Source: a virus (lineage: Duplodnaviria; Caudoviricetes). From it: 64,000 nt of DNA. The stretch is taken from positions 1 through 64,000 of IMG/VR virus record IMGVR_UViG_3300037067_019009, one strand, 5' to 3'. A model generated the notes under the pieces. That model was not told the DNA's origin. It searched no databases and saw only the letters and a program-made list of their open reading frames with translations. The translations under genes were made by a program, and so were the position numbers. Shown here piece by piece: positions 28,881 to 38,681 of this stretch. Position 1 is the first letter of the stretch. Every line of letters begins with the position of its first letter.

Positions 28881-30938
28881 CTACTCTTTAGTCCAGTAGC
28901 CCGCTACTGTATAGTCTATTTCTACTGGAACAGACTTAATCACGACTTCTCCAGCCTCTATCATGCGGGATTCCGCAATCTTAACTACCTGTTCTACATA
29001 ATCATCTCTAACTTCTATTACTATCTCATCATGTACGCAGTTCACAATAGCCGCTGGTACGCCATCATAAAATAGATCATCAGCGATCATTACCATAGCA
29101 AGCTTAGTTATATCAGCACTCGTTCCTTGTATAGGCGTATTAGCTCCCTGGTTCTTCAGGGACGCCTCAATAGCGTTGGCTACATCTGCAGGTAGTCTTT
29201 CTCTGTCTGGAAGAGTGTACCATCTTTTTCTCCCAAGCATAGTTGTGGAGTAGCCTTTGTCGAATGGGTCACTTTGTGCTGCTATTACGTAAGCTCGGAC
29301 ATTCTGAAATGCTTCAAAGTATTTGCGCTTTGCTTTGGCTGCTTTATTTATGGACTCACGCATTATCTTCTCTGATGAAGTAACGTCATATCCCAGCGCT
29401 TCTGCCAAGGCCTTATCTCCAAGACCATAGATAACCGCGAAATTCAGAGTCTTTCCTTGTGATCGTTTATCGGTTCCCTTGCCGCATTCCTCGATAGGAA
29501 CATTAAACATAGTAGATGCTGTCTGTGAGTGAACATCTCCTCCAGACCTGATGACCCTTTTTAGCGTCTCATCTCCTGCTACTTCGGCTGCTATCCTCAG
29601 CTCTATCTGTGAATAATCACAAGTCAGCAATGTGTAACCTGGTCTAGATCTGAAGCAGGTATGGAATGTGTAGTCCGGCAGTGTAGGGTCGTACTTACTT
29701 TTACTACTGCTCCATCTGGGGTCATCTTTAGGAAACGGGTTATGCGGGTTGTTAGGCACATTCTGGATATTTGGCTCTTTTGACGCGTACCTACCAGACT
29801 CAGCTCTTACCTGGTTCAGGCTCGAATGAATTCTACCCGTGACCGGGTTCTTGAACCCTATCCAACTCTCCCCATAATTGTCTAATTGCTTTTGTTTCGC
29901 TCGAAGTTCGAGCATTTTAACAGCCGCAGGATGTTTCACCTGAGATAGCGCCCGTTTATCGGTGCTGCTCAGTTGTATTCCGATGTCAGCGAAACAACGC
30001 TGGACCTGCTGTGGACTTCGTAGATTTATGGAGTAGATGCTGCCAGTTATTTCAGGAAACATCCCTAGTTGATTGGCGGAGCCTTTGAAGTAATTACATA
30101 TTTCTCCATGCAGCCGCAGCAGCTCTGCTTCCGCAAGGTCTACTATACGCATCCACATATCCCTGTCAACATAGATGCCTTCATACTCCATATCAGCAGT
30201 AACTGGTACGAGTCTATTTTCCAGAATAGCTGTTGCACTCAGACCTTCTCTACCTAACTCCTGCTCTTGTGCCAGCTTTATGTTATGCAAACAGTAAACA
30301 TCCGCTGCAGCATACTCTATATGCTCACCGGTCCAGGCAGGGCTCTCTTCGCGTTTTCTATAGGCGGCTACCAGTGACGGGTGCATCACGAAAGACGACC
30401 TCATATCCTTATCCAGCCGAAATCCGAGGTACTTCTCACACTGATCTGTTAGAGCGTTTGGCGTGTATATCGGATCACCATTCGGTTTATAGCCGCGATA
30501 CTTACCTACGGTCAGCAGGCGTCCCATTATTACTACATCATAGACTCTGCGTGGGCGTATCCCTCTAGCTCGAAGTATTTTGAGATCGAACCCTATGTTG
30601 GCTCCAAGCAGTAGATGACCCTCTATCACCTCTTTAAGTGGAAGGATATCCAACATAAAAGTATCTATCACATGCACTACATCTGAGTCCGGTCTTCTCA
30701 ACGATAGCAGCCACGAGCTGCTGGTATGTGGATCCAGTCCTGAAGTTTCCAGGTCCAAACCCAGGGATGGGGCGTCATTGTAGAACTCTGCCAGGGCATC
30801 CAACTCGTCTTGATCTGCTATGTACACCGGCTTCATTTTGGCCGTGTAGCTTTGATACGGAGATAGTGGCTTCTCCTGTGCTACAAATTCGTCAAGTAGA
30901 TGTCCTGATGTTACACGTGTATTTTTAGCCTTAACCAT
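28881..30938 (-). CDS. polA: Family A DNA polymerase (3'-5' exonuclease + polymerase, no 5'-3' exonuclease)
   Basis: ExoI DLETSG, ExoIII YAAADV, motif A DYSQIELR, motif B KTLNFAVIYG, motif C VHDEI. Confidence 0.95.
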   Translation of the reverse strand: MVKAKNTRVTSGHLLDEFVAQEKPLSPYQSYTAKMKPVYIADQDELDALAEFYNDAPSLGLDLETSGLDPHTSSSWLLSLRRPDSDVVHVIDTFMLDILPLKEVIEGHLLLGANIGFDLKILRARGIRPRRVYDVVIMGRLLTVGKYRGYKPNGDPIYTPNALTDQCEKYLGFRLDKDMRSSFVMHPSLVAAYRKREESPAWTGEHIEYAAADVYCLHNIKLAQEQELGREGLSATAILENRLVPVTADMEYEGIYVDRDMWMRIVDLAEAELLRLHGEICNYFKGSANQLGMFPEITGSIYSINLRSPQQVQRCFADIGIQLSSTDKRALSQVKHPAAVKMLELRAKQKQLDNYGESWIGFKNPVTGRIHSSLNQVRAESGRYASKEPNIQNVPNNPHNPFPKDDPRWSSSKSKYDPTLPDYTFHTCFRSRPGYTLLTCDYSQIELRIAAEVAGDETLKRVIRSGGDVHSQTASTMFNVPIEECGKGTDKRSQGKTLNFAVIYGLGDKALAEALGYDVTSSEKIMRESINKAAKAKRKYFEAFQNVRAYVIAAQSDPFDKGYSTTMLGRKRWYTLPDRERLPADVANAIEASLKNQGANTPIQGTSADITKLAMVMIADDLFYDGVPAAIVNCVHDEIVIEVRDDYVEQVVKIAESRMIEAGEVVIKSVPVEIDYTVAGYWTKE

Positions 30939-30950
30939 AATCCAACTTTC

Positions 30951-31334
30951 TTAATACTCGCTCGGCAGCATGATTACCCACAGGTCATCCTGTCTTCCGG
31001 CATAGAGTTCCAGACGGTCTAGTGGAAAATCCGTAAACTCTATTTTGTGTGCATAAAAAATCTTCTCGTCCGAGCCATTCGCGTCAGTCATTTCTAGCAG
31101 CGCTCTGTTCTTAGGTTCGGTTACCAACCGAATGAGAACAAACACATCATTTATTCTAGACAGTTGGGGTGCTACTAAATCCATCAACCAGAAAGCACCA
31201 GCGTTCTCTGCTAGGTACAAAGCCCCGTCCGTTAAGACTACTTTAGGAAAGAAGGGACTGAATTGATGGTAAGCTGTAGTTCCTATGAACTGGCTTAGGT
31301 TACTTCTAAGTTCACCGGCGGACTGTTTGCTCAT
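30951..31334 (-). CDS. DUF6876-like conserved protein
   Basis: LSQFIGT..YH, LTDGALYLAE..GAFWLMD, IEFTDFP, MLPSEY. Confidence 0.65.
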   Translation of the reverse strand: MSKQSAGELRSNLSQFIGTTAYHQFSPFFPKVVLTDGALYLAENAGAFWLMDLVAPQLSRINDVFVLIRLVTEPKNRALLEMTDANGSDEKIFYAHKIEFTDFPLDRLELYAGRQDDLWVIMLPSEY

Positions 31335-31337
31335 TTA

Positions 31338-31931
31338 TCATTCCTCCATGGGTGGTTGAAAATCAGTAGTAATATGAATCCAACCTGATTTATCAGAAAT
31401 TATTTCCTCGCACTTAATCCAAGTAGCCTCGATCCTATTCATTATCTTATCATCGTAATGCTCTTGTCTAACGTACAGAGTTAAATGTCTGCCTTCTGCT
31501 TCCGCATAAGACTCCAGGGAAAGCTGCGAGTCTGCGGAGAATTCCTTGGCCGTGGTTTCGCATAATACAAGCATTGCCTCTACTGCGTCAGGGTTATGAA
31601 TCAGAAAGTGGCATACATTCTCATAGCTGGGGATCTTAATACCTCTAGCAACTACAGTGCACAAGGCTTTCCCTATAGTAGCCTGCCTAATGGCAAATAC
31701 TTTATCCAATCCCAGAGGTATATAGGACAGGTAAGGAAGCTCACAGCCTTCTGCATCAGGAGCGTAGTCACTGCTAGTTATAGCAATATCGATACAGTTG
31801 TGGTTGAGTTTATATTCGGCCCCATGTAGTGTAGAATCTTTCGGCAAGTGTCCCATCCCAATAAGAACCCTTACTATACTGTCAACGTTTATGCGTAATC
31901 CTCTTATACCCCTTTTCGTATTATCAAACAT
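31338..31931 (-). CDS. Hypothetical protein (apparently two-domain)
   Basis: Operonic ORF overlapping the uvrD stop. Confidence 0.55.
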   Translation of the reverse strand: MFDNTKRGIRGLRINVDSIVRVLIGMGHLPKDSTLHGAEYKLNHNCIDIAITSSDYAPDAEGCELPYLSYIPLGLDKVFAIRQATIGKALCTVVARGIKIPSYENVCHFLIHNPDAVEAMLVLCETTAKEFSADSQLSLESYAEAEGRHLTLYVRQEHYDDKIMNRIEATWIKCEEIISDKSGWIHITTDFQPPMEE

Positions 31932-33801
31932 GTGTCTCTCCTAAAAACCTAGAAGGCAAGGATTTGTGCATCTTGCCATACAACTCTCTACTATCGGCTC
32001 CAGACATATACAACTTATCCACAGCTCTCGTCATGGCGACATAGCATAGTCTTCTTTCTTCTTCTATTGCCTCTTCAGAGTCGAGGCTTTTTAGGTGTGG
32101 AAGCAGCCCCTCTTCCATCCCTACCACGAATACTACCGGGAACTCTAGACCTTTAGCCTGATGTATAGTCATGAGCTTGACGGCCGGGGCCTCTTCCTGA
32201 CTAGCGAAGGCGCTAGAAACGGCAACTTTCTCTAGTATGATTGGAAGGGCCTCGCCGCATTCTCCATCATAATCGCGCAGCATATCTATAAACCTGCTTA
32301 TAGTATTGAGTCTGGAGGGGCCATTGTCAAGGGACACGACATAATCTTTCAACCGAATGGACATTATTACGTCTATAACTGATAGCAAGCTTAAAGACTC
32401 AGCCATACCTATTAGAGACTCTATTTCCTCTTTGAATGATACGAGCGTTCCCCATACCGTCTCAGCTATCCACGCAGGCCTATCCATACTTAGCGCCTGG
32501 AACATACTTACCTCATGTGCAGCCGCGTAACCTTCGAGTTTTACTACCGATCCGGACGTTGTTCCGAATGCCAACAAGAGTTTTCTGAGTGCCAAGTCAT
32601 CATTCTGGTTAAGGATAAGCCTGAGGTAGCTGATTAAAAGTTTGACTTCATGTTTGCTGGTTATGTTGGCGCCGCCAGACATCGTGTACGGGATATTCCT
32701 AGTAAGCAATGCATGCTCTATGGTAAAACATAATACCCTAAGCCTACATAAAACAGCAATCTCCTCGAACTTATAACTATCAAGTAAAGACAGTATTTTA
32801 TCAGCTACCCCTTCCGCCTCGTCCGAACCAGATTCAAACCATGCCTTAACAACCTCCCCACCTTCTTTTTCCGCGACGCTAGGGAGGTTGACGTAGCTTT
32901 TATTTCTCGATATGAGACTGTCAGCAGCGTTAACAATTCTGCTGCCTGAACGATAATTCTTATGTAAAGCATATACCTTAGCTCCCTTGTAATTTTTAGA
33001 GAAGTCAAGCATCAGCTTGTAATCCGAGTCACGAAAAGAATAGATACTTTGCGATAGATCTCCTACCACAAATATATTGTTATGAAGTTCTACTATCTTT
33101 CTAAGTAGCAACTCTTCCGCATGAGCCGTGTCTTGATATTCATCCACGCACACGCACCGGAACCTGCCATGAATTGAGGCCCGAGCCACTACACTGTTTT
33201 CCATGACGTTAATAGTGGTAGTTATAAGATCATCGAAATCCAAACCGCCTATGCGGCGAAGTTCTTTTTGATACAGCTCATAGGCCAGGCTGAGCTCTTC
33301 TATCCACCTGGGGCTTAGTAAGCCGGAGTAGAGATCTTTTATCGAAGCTAGTTTTCTTTTAGATTTGGATACGGCATGGAGCAATGTTTCCGGCTTGGTC
33401 TCAGTTTCCAACTGCTTGGCTATATTGACCATTATCTTTAAGGATTCAGCACCATCTATTATAGTAAACTCTTTGGGAACCAAGCCCAATTCCCCGAATC
33501 CTCTCAGCATTCTGGCACATATGGAATGGAAGGTACCCACCCACATACCCTTTATTCTGCTATCTATGAGTGTGGCCAAACGTTCTTTCATTTCAGTGGC
33601 CGCCTTATTGGTGAAAGTGAAGCACGCGATAGCTTCTGGAGACACCCCGTGCTCTAACATGTATGCAATTCTGTGGGTAAGCAGCCTGGTTTTGCCAGAC
33701 CCAGCTCCACTCTGCACTAACACAGGACCATTTATAATCTTCGCCGCGGTGGCTTGGTCTTTATCGAGTGAAGAAAGCAGCTTACTCCCCATATCCATCA
33801 T
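31924..33801 (-). CDS. uvrD: UvrD/PcrA superfamily-1 helicase
   Basis: SGAGSGKT, TFTNKAA, GTFHS, VDEYQD, VGDLSQSIY, NYRS, MTIHQAKGLEFP, EERRLCYVAMTRA. Confidence 0.95.
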   Translation of the reverse strand: MMDMGSKLLSSLDKDQATAAKIINGPVLVQSGAGSGKTRLLTHRIAYMLEHGVSPEAIACFTFTNKAATEMKERLATLIDSRIKGMWVGTFHSICARMLRGFGELGLVPKEFTIIDGAESLKIMVNIAKQLETETKPETLLHAVSKSKRKLASIKDLYSGLLSPRWIEELSLAYELYQKELRRIGGLDFDDLITTTINVMENSVVARASIHGRFRCVCVDEYQDTAHAEELLLRKIVELHNNIFVVGDLSQSIYSFRDSDYKLMLDFSKNYKGAKVYALHKNYRSGSRIVNAADSLISRNKSYVNLPSVAEKEGGEVVKAWFESGSDEAEGVADKILSLLDSYKFEEIAVLCRLRVLCFTIEHALLTRNIPYTMSGGANITSKHEVKLLISYLRLILNQNDDLALRKLLLAFGTTSGSVVKLEGYAAAHEVSMFQALSMDRPAWIAETVWGTLVSFKEEIESLIGMAESLSLLSVIDVIMSIRLKDYVVSLDNGPSRLNTISRFIDMLRDYDGECGEALPIILEKVAVSSAFASQEEAPAVKLMTIHQAKGLEFPVVFVVGMEEGLLPHLKSLDSEEAIEEERRLCYVAMTRAVDKLYMSGADSRELYGKMHKSLPSRFLGETHV

Positions 33802-33919
33802 TTATCTCATCTTGTTCATCTTCCAGCTCTTGCATCTCTTCAGCGGTCAGCTCATAGTAGCACTCCTCGCAGAAATTATCATAGCCTGGAATATCCTCTC
33901 CACAATTGAGACACTGCAT
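33782..33919 (-). CDS. 45-aa zinc-ribbon acidic microprotein (not in ORF track)
   Basis: MQCLNCGEDIPGYDNFCEEC...; SD GAGGAGG upstream. Confidence 0.55.
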   Translation of the reverse strand: MQCLNCGEDIPGYDNFCEECYYELTAEEMQELEDEQDEINDGYGE

Positions 33920-33921
33920 AG

Positions 33922-34107
33922 TTATTCCTCCTCTACCTCAGGTAATTCTTTATACCATTCAAAGCAGCTATTAGCATCTAGCGGGATCTCATAATCTATC
34001 GCGTCAAAGTCTCCATTCTCAGCCCGTATGATAGCCTCAGCTTCGTCCACTGCTGTTATAGTGGCAGTGGCTGGGCACACTAGCTCTCCAGCAAAACGAT
34101 AAATCAT
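33922..34107 (-). CDS. Small acidic protein (DpnD/PcfM-like)
   Basis: ITAVDEAEAIIRAE motif; SD. Confidence 0.5.
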   Translation of the reverse strand: MIYRFAGELVCPATATITAVDEAEAIIRAENGDFDAIDYEIPLDANSCFEWYKELPEVEEE

Positions 34108-34108
34108 A

Positions 34109-34291
34109 TTACTCTCCGACCTCCTCTATCTCTTGAATAACTATTTCGGCAGTCGCAGCATCTTCTACACTTAGTCTCCCATCGAGCAGCATAAGTTCAA
34201 CCTTATCCCCGGCGGCGTCGATATCCGGAGCTTCCACGATGACTTCCTTTGTAGCAGAAGTCCTCCTTGTTATAGTAACTCTATACTTCAC
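34109..34291 (-). CDS. Small acidic protein (DpnD/PcfM-like)
   Basis: MKYRVTI...VIVEAPDIDAA. Confidence 0.55.
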   Translation of the reverse strand: MKYRVTITRRTSATKEVIVEAPDIDAAGDKVELMLLDGRLSVEDAATAEIVIQEIEEVGE

Positions 34292-34601
34292 CTAATATAT
34301 CCTCCAATGCTTCTCGCACCAAAGCGATAGTTTCTTTCGCTGTATCTCCACTACCCACAGCCTCGCAGGTGAATAAGTTTTCTACGGACCACGTCCACTT
34401 ATCTCCCTCATTGAAGGCAATGATCTGAATTAGCCTCATCTTACTAGTACTGTCTACCAATTGGTAACAGGCACGCCCGTCGGATACGCCGCAGTTAATG
34501 GTTATGACTTCCGGCGCAAGCAAAGATTCTAATAAATCTTGTAGCATGCTAACAAAGGTCTCTTGGCCAGGACACGTTGCTCCAGTGTACTTAAATGTCA
34601 T
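34281..34601 (-). CDS. Hypothetical protein
   Basis: SD AGGAGG; operonic. Confidence 0.55.
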   Translation of the reverse strand: MTFKYTGATCPGQETFVSMLQDLLESLLAPEVITINCGVSDGRACYQLVDSTSKMRLIQIIAFNEGDKWTWSVENLFTCEAVGSGDTAKETIALVREALEDILGEV

Positions 34602-34635
34602 CCTCTTTCCTCCTATAGTTCCTTACTTCACTACT

Positions 34636-34920
34636 TCATTTTACTTTAGCTAGAAGCCCAGCTTTCCTGGGCTCCAATAATGCCCCCAGCCCCAATAATA
34701 ACAGATCCCAAGGCCCACCAACCAGCCTCCTAAACCCGATCACCTTGCCTGCCTTCCAGATCCCAGGTTCCTTGTTTTTATTAGTCCACTTAAACAGTTT
34801 GATTATGTAATTACCAACCCGGCGATCTCCAGTACCATCATTGATGATATGCGCTGTCCCCAGGTTCACCTTCCTGGACTCATCCCCATGAGGCCACAGT
34901 TCTATCTTTACTACTAACAT
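34636..34920 (-). CDS. Conserved phage hypothetical protein
   Basis: MLVVKIELWPHG...INDGTG...GNY pattern common in phages. Confidence 0.6.
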   Translation of the reverse strand: MLVVKIELWPHGDESRKVNLGTAHIINDGTGDRRVGNYIIKLFKWTNKNKEPGIWKAGKVIGFRRLVGGPWDLLLLGLGALLEPRKAGLLAKVK

Positions 34921-34985
34921 TAACCTAGATAATCCTCATCTGCCTCACGTAAATCTAGTCTAGTATCTCCAAGGCAAGCATACTA

Positions 34986-35252
34986 TTACTTCTCCTTCTC
35001 GGTCACCAGTGGACGATCAAGAATATCATAAGATTCCTCTTTACCGAGTGCCTCCTGAGCCTTCTCGAAATATATGTCTACACGCGTCTGCACATCGTCA
35101 GGCATAGCATCGGTATCCTCAAACATAGTATCCCAGAACTCCACAACGTAGTTATCTAGTGCCTCATAAGCCAATTCATGAGTAGTATAGACGCTTGCAT
35201 CGATTCCATCATCGTTGGAAATCATCAAAACGTAAACAGTTTTACTCTCCAA
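34986..35252 (-). CDS. Small acidic hypothetical protein
   Basis: SD, operonic. Confidence 0.55.
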   Translation of the reverse strand: MESKTVYVLMISNDDGIDASVYTTHELAYEALDNYVVEFWDTMFEDTDAMPDDVQTRVDIYFEKAQEALGKEESYDILDRPLVTEKEK

Positions 35253-35257
35253 TAGCG

Positions 35258-35473
35258 TTACTCCTTTACTAACCCGAATGAGAAGTCTATATACTCCCAG
35301 CCTCCATCTGGCTCCTCATCCCAATCTATCCTAGGGTCTGTAGTTTGTATACTAAACGTTTTAAGTCTCTCTTCAAACTCCTCCACTGTCCCAGCGAATG
35401 TACCATACAAGGTAATATCACCGGTATCGGTATAATATGATTTCTCTACTCTTACTACCTTACTCACCCCCAC
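35258..35473 (-). CDS. Small acidic hypothetical protein
   Basis: Operonic ORF. Confidence 0.5.
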   Translation of the reverse strand: MGVSKVVRVEKSYYTDTGDITLYGTFAGTVEEFEERLKTFSIQTTDPRIDWDEEPDGGWEYIDFSFGLVKE

Positions 35474-35491
35474 TTCTAAAGTATCAGCTAC

Positions 35492-36250
35492 TCAAATATT
35501 GCGCTGGTCCTCCGAAATGTAATCGTTAACATAGTCAGCGAATTTCCCGCTCAGCCTTTGGCTATCAATAAAAGCACACGCTATTTCTAAGAGGTAGGTA
35601 TCGTATACATAGCAGCCTTCCAATTTGGTTAGCATATCCCATGATGGTCTAGCGATGCCAGACACATCGCTATTACACACCGTTTTAGTAGAGAGGTTAT
35701 CTATAATTTCCTTGCTAGCTTTAATAGCCTCATCTATACCCTCGAATCCCCACTGGGAATCCTCCTCGCAGCCTTCTTCATCCTCAATAACATAGCCGTA
35801 CACTTCCCCGTTTACCCATTTAGAATACTGGCGTATTTCTTCTACTAATAGCTTCTTAACTTTAGCCTTTAGCTCGGCGGCTATGTATGTAACGTCATAC
35901 TCCCTTGCGACATCTTCTCTAGTTGCAAGTATAAAACCCACTCTTCCCGAATCCCATGGACATGGAAACCCAGTAGTATTGAACATAACTCCACCATGCT
36001 CGTACTTGTACACTGGCACATATTCGCATTCAGGGTAGTCTTCCATGACCGCCGCGTCTAGTTCATTCCACCTAGAGTATTCTTTAGGGTTGTAATTAGT
36101 GGCAGTCTCACTAATCTCAGTAACTCCATGCTTACCGAAGATTACTAACTTTCCGAGATTATCCCACTCTCTCGGGCTTTCAGCCAAGTCATCTATGAAT
36201 ATTTTTATAGTGTATTTTTTGTAACTCAACTTTTCCAAATAGTCTGTCAT
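35492..36250 (-). CDS. Conserved acidic phage protein
   Basis: SPREWDNLG, YEHGG, WDSGRVGF, GEVYGY motifs. Confidence 0.65.
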   Translation of the reverse strand: MTDYLEKLSYKKYTIKIFIDDLAESPREWDNLGKLVIFGKHGVTEISETATNYNPKEYSRWNELDAAVMEDYPECEYVPVYKYEHGGVMFNTTGFPCPWDSGRVGFILATREDVAREYDVTYIAAELKAKVKKLLVEEIRQYSKWVNGEVYGYVIEDEEGCEEDSQWGFEGIDEAIKASKEIIDNLSTKTVCNSDVSGIARPSWDMLTKLEGCYVYDTYLLEIACAFIDSQRLSGKFADYVNDYISEDQRNI

Positions 36251-36251
36251 G

Positions 36252-36557
36252 TCAACCCCCTAGTAGCAGCCATCCCATCACCCATTTACCGTCCGTGCTA
36301 TCGACTACCCTGGCGTCAGCGTCCACAGCTATATCGAAGTTGTCTTCGTAGAGACTCTTTGCTTCCGATATATCAGCTATACGTGTATGCTTTTGTGCAT
36401 CGATCTCACTCAATTCCCTGAGTAGCTCACGTATCACGTACGCACGCAACTGCCCCTCTTCAGCTGTGATGCCTAGAAATGCCAGGTCGGCCAGGGCGCG
36501 GGAAAGGACTTTATCTACCATAGGCAGTAATTCATCATCTATTCTTATCCATGCCAT
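36252..36557 (-). CDS. Hypothetical protein
   Basis: Operonic, SD. Confidence 0.55.
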   Translation of the reverse strand: MAWIRIDDELLPMVDKVLSRALADLAFLGITAEEGQLRAYVIRELLRELSEIDAQKHTRIADISEAKSLYEDNFDIAVDADARVVDSTDGKWVMGWLLLGG

Positions 36558-36570
36558 AATGTGTCCCTCA

Positions 36571-37242
36571 TTAGTGTCTGTCTATGTAGAAGTGAGATCT
36601 ACCCAAGAGAGTTAGTTTGCCTTCTCGTATGTCTAATAAATCTGCTACTATCTCTTTCGGCGTTCTTGAAAATATTAACGGCTTGGCGATAATCTCCCAA
36701 GGGGCTAAGGCAACATCCAAGCCGGAGTCCACAATCCAGTTGATGAGTGCTTCGACCTCATCATAAACATCAGCGCCCAGCGAATTTTCCCACTCTATAA
36801 ACTTCGCGTAGGCTTCGCTAGCTACAGGAGAATCTCCTCCCCAATAGAGTTTAGTATCATACGTAAGCACGTCTTTCCACCCAGTGCCGATGAATCTAAG
36901 ACTTAACTCCTTTTCCAAAACCTCGGCCACACTAGAGGTAATATCAAGCCAGCCCTCACTATTTTTATATATGGACCCAGCGGCGAATTCCTCAGGCAGG
37001 TCTCCATCCTCAGCATAGTCTCCTACCACAGCTATCCTATCACCAGCCCACCTACCTACCATCGGGTGGTATTTAAGGTCACCTCCACCCCTACCATTAG
37101 AACAGGCTAAGAGTACTATAAGAGCCGCTCCCGTCCCTGGATAGGAGGCAATTTGCTCCCAGAGCTTCAACCCACTACCAAGACCATGTGGGTTGATGAC
37201 TTCCTTCTTATCCAAATTGCAGATTTTATAATATTGTCCCAC
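36571..37242 (-). CDS. Conserved phage hypothetical protein
   Basis: MGQYY..NLDKKE, GLKLWE, GRWAGDRIAVVGDY. Confidence 0.65.
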   Translation of the reverse strand: MGQYYKICNLDKKEVINPHGLGSGLKLWEQIASYPGTGAALIVLLACSNGRGGGDLKYHPMVGRWAGDRIAVVGDYAEDGDLPEEFAAGSIYKNSEGWLDITSSVAEVLEKELSLRFIGTGWKDVLTYDTKLYWGGDSPVASEAYAKFIEWENSLGADVYDEVEALINWIVDSGLDVALAPWEIIAKPLIFSRTPKEIVADLLDIREGKLTLLGRSHFYIDRH

Positions 37243-37259
37243 TACATTACCTCCATTCC

Positions 37260-37652
37260 TTATTTGGGCGTGTTACCTGTCTTCCGGTAACCAAGTTCCT
37301 CTAGTTTAGAGAACGCCCACTCATAGGTGGACATCCAGTATTGCTTTCCTTTGTAGATCACTACGACCCCGCCGCCATAAGCATCTAATCTGGGGCTGGA
37401 GCAGCTGGCAGACCATTCTATAACCACCAGGTCTGCCTTAGGGTAATGCTCCTGGTAAGTAGATATGATAGTGGCTACTGCCTCGGGGGCATTATATTCG
37501 GAGTGGAACCAAATACTTTTGTCGCCCTGCCTTTCATACTCATAGGCCGATTCATTTTCCTCGCCGTTCTCAGCTAATGCTTCTAGAAAGTCGCATGCCT
37601 TCTTACTTACACATTCTACTTTCACGCTAAACATTGTATAATAGTTAGCCAT
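37260..37652 (-). CDS. Conserved hypothetical protein
   Basis: MANYYTMFS...CSSPRLDAYGGG. Confidence 0.6.
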   Translation of the reverse strand: MANYYTMFSVKVECVSKKACDFLEALAENGEENESAYEYERQGDKSIWFHSEYNAPEAVATIISTYQEHYPKADLVVIEWSASCSSPRLDAYGGGVVVIYKGKQYWMSTYEWAFSKLEELGYRKTGNTPK

Positions 37653-37657
37653 CTATA

Positions 37658-37885
37658 CTACCCTTCCTTACAAGCAACATTATCTATCAAATTCAACAAG
37701 TTTCCCTTGCTATCACATAGCTCCCATGGTACCTCACCTGGGTCAAACGTCCTACTAAATACGGCACCTGTGTCATCGTTAGCTAGTATTTCTTCGGGGC
37801 GTAATTTCCTGGCCTCCGCTACCGAGGCAGCGGTGATCTCATAGGTACACCAGTGCAGCTCCGGCACATTCACCTCAAATTTCAT
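37658..37885 (-). CDS. Small protein (DpnD/PcfM-like)
   Basis: MKFEVNVPE...YEITAASVAEAR. Confidence 0.5.
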   Translation of the reverse strand: MKFEVNVPELHWCTYEITAASVAEARKLRPEEILANDDTGAVFSRTFDPGEVPWELCDSKGNLLNLIDNVACKEG

Positions 37886-37898
37886 GTTATCCTCCCTA

Positions 37899-38678
37899 TT
37901 AAATGTGGCAGTCTATTCCCACTATCTTGTCTTCAGGATACTGTTTCAGAATACTCATGGCTTGGTCTTCCCACTCATCTTTTTCATCCTTAACATTACC
38001 AAACCAACCCATTTCTCCACGCTCGTACCACTTAACATCCGGGGTAAGTAGAGCAAACGGCACTTTTCCAGTGGCTATAAAATCAGACACTCTAGCAATA
38101 TTGCTCTCGAACTGTCTGTATTCGTCACCGAAGTTAAAGCCCGATGAATCATTTTCTGGTTTGCCTGCTATCTCCCCATTCCATCTACCACCATAACTCC
38201 AACAATCCCACTTAGAGTTGGGGTTATACGTAGTAGTTCTTATTCCCGAACCATGGCAGTCCTGGCAGTCCGGGTCCGGCTTATCTTTCAATGGATGAGT
38301 CTCTGCTGTACTTTGCTCAAACCTTCCACGTGGGAGGCAGTAGTCATCTTCCCATAGCTTTTGCAGCCTGTTACCGATGGAAGTTTTATTCATTATCTCT
38401 TCATCTAAGTCAGGTAAAGACACGCCGAGTTTCTCGGCTTCTGGAATCAGTACTTCCTTCCTATAGCGGTCCTGGATATCTGACCAGGTACCGTAGGCCT
38501 CATCAGCCGCGCTTCTGACAGCCTTTACCGCCTGTATCCCTACGCAAAAACAATCCTCTTCATATGCCGGAACCTGCAGGTTCTCATCAAAAGGCTCCAT
38601 CAACTCATTAACTAGGCTATCTATTTCTTCTTCCGGCGTATCTTTTGGTATTATCACACCCAACATGTAATGACTCAT
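37899..38678 (-). CDS. Conserved phage protein with CxxCxGxG zinc motif
   Basis: MSHY, CQDCHGSG, YNPNSKWD.W..GGRW, GEMGWFG, DCHI end. Confidence 0.65.
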   Translation of the reverse strand: MSHYMLGVIIPKDTPEEEIDSLVNELMEPFDENLQVPAYEEDCFCVGIQAVKAVRSAADEAYGTWSDIQDRYRKEVLIPEAEKLGVSLPDLDEEIMNKTSIGNRLQKLWEDDYCLPRGRFEQSTAETHPLKDKPDPDCQDCHGSGIRTTTYNPNSKWDCWSYGGRWNGEIAGKPENDSSGFNFGDEYRQFESNIARVSDFIATGKVPFALLTPDVKWYERGEMGWFGNVKDEKDEWEDQAMSILKQYPEDKIVGIDCHI

Positions 38679-38681
38679 CTC

